Shown piece after piece: positions 25,114 through 25,187 of a DNA stretch of 25,187 nucleotides. The DNA is from a virus (taxonomy: Duplodnaviria; Caudoviricetes): IMG/VR virus record IMGVR_UViG_3300037963_001401, positions 1 through 25,187 of that record. One strand, 5' to 3'. The first letter of the stretch is position 1. Every line of letters starts with the position of its first letter. A program made the translations under genes and the position numbers. Under the pieces are notes generated by a model. That model was given only the letters and a program-made list of their open reading frames with translations. It made no database searches and had not been told where the DNA came from.

Positions 25114-25187
25114 ATTTTTGGTTTTAGTTTGAACTTAAACTGTTATCGATACCTATATCTCCAATTTTGCATATAAAATATCGATAG

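Noticed and set aside
1-25187. Stop-codon reassignment, tRNA genes, reverse transcriptase/DGR, introns or inteins
   Set aside because: Core genes are full length in the standard code, TAA, TAG and TGA all terminate genes, and I saw no such motifs

Overview
An AT-rich tailed-phage genome (siphovirus-type, HK97-like head, non-contractile tail), probably near complete and opened between the packaging HNH gene and terS, i.e. near cos. All credible genes are on the minus strand. Read from the right end: terS/terL, a promoter-bearing inserted gene, portal, prohead protease with an extra N-terminal domain, capsid, neck, tail tube, frameshifted tail chaperones, tape measure and one large tail-tip protein. 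Next comes an unusual envelope/lysis block (signal-peptide beta-barrel-like protein, TM coiled-coil protein, exported thioredoxin-fold protein lacking CxxC, 3TM holin, two tiny ORFs, M15 endolysin, small membrane protein), then a metallophosphoesterase. The early operon follows: SSAP-like, Cas4-like nuclease, stand-alone DnaA domain IV, wHTH, iteron-containing initiator, loader-like, NinB-like and HNH genes. TAnnTTTG promoter motifs, A-rich leaders without Shine-Dalgarno sequences and Gln at +1 of signal peptides suggest a Bacteroidota host. I found no integrase or repressor. The best candidate novel systems are (i) the three-gene trans-envelope module, (ii) the DnaA-domain-IV protein with DnaA-box-like sites over two promoters, and (iii) a promoter/terminator-bounded small RNA. 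All family calls come from motif recognition by eye, not database searches.
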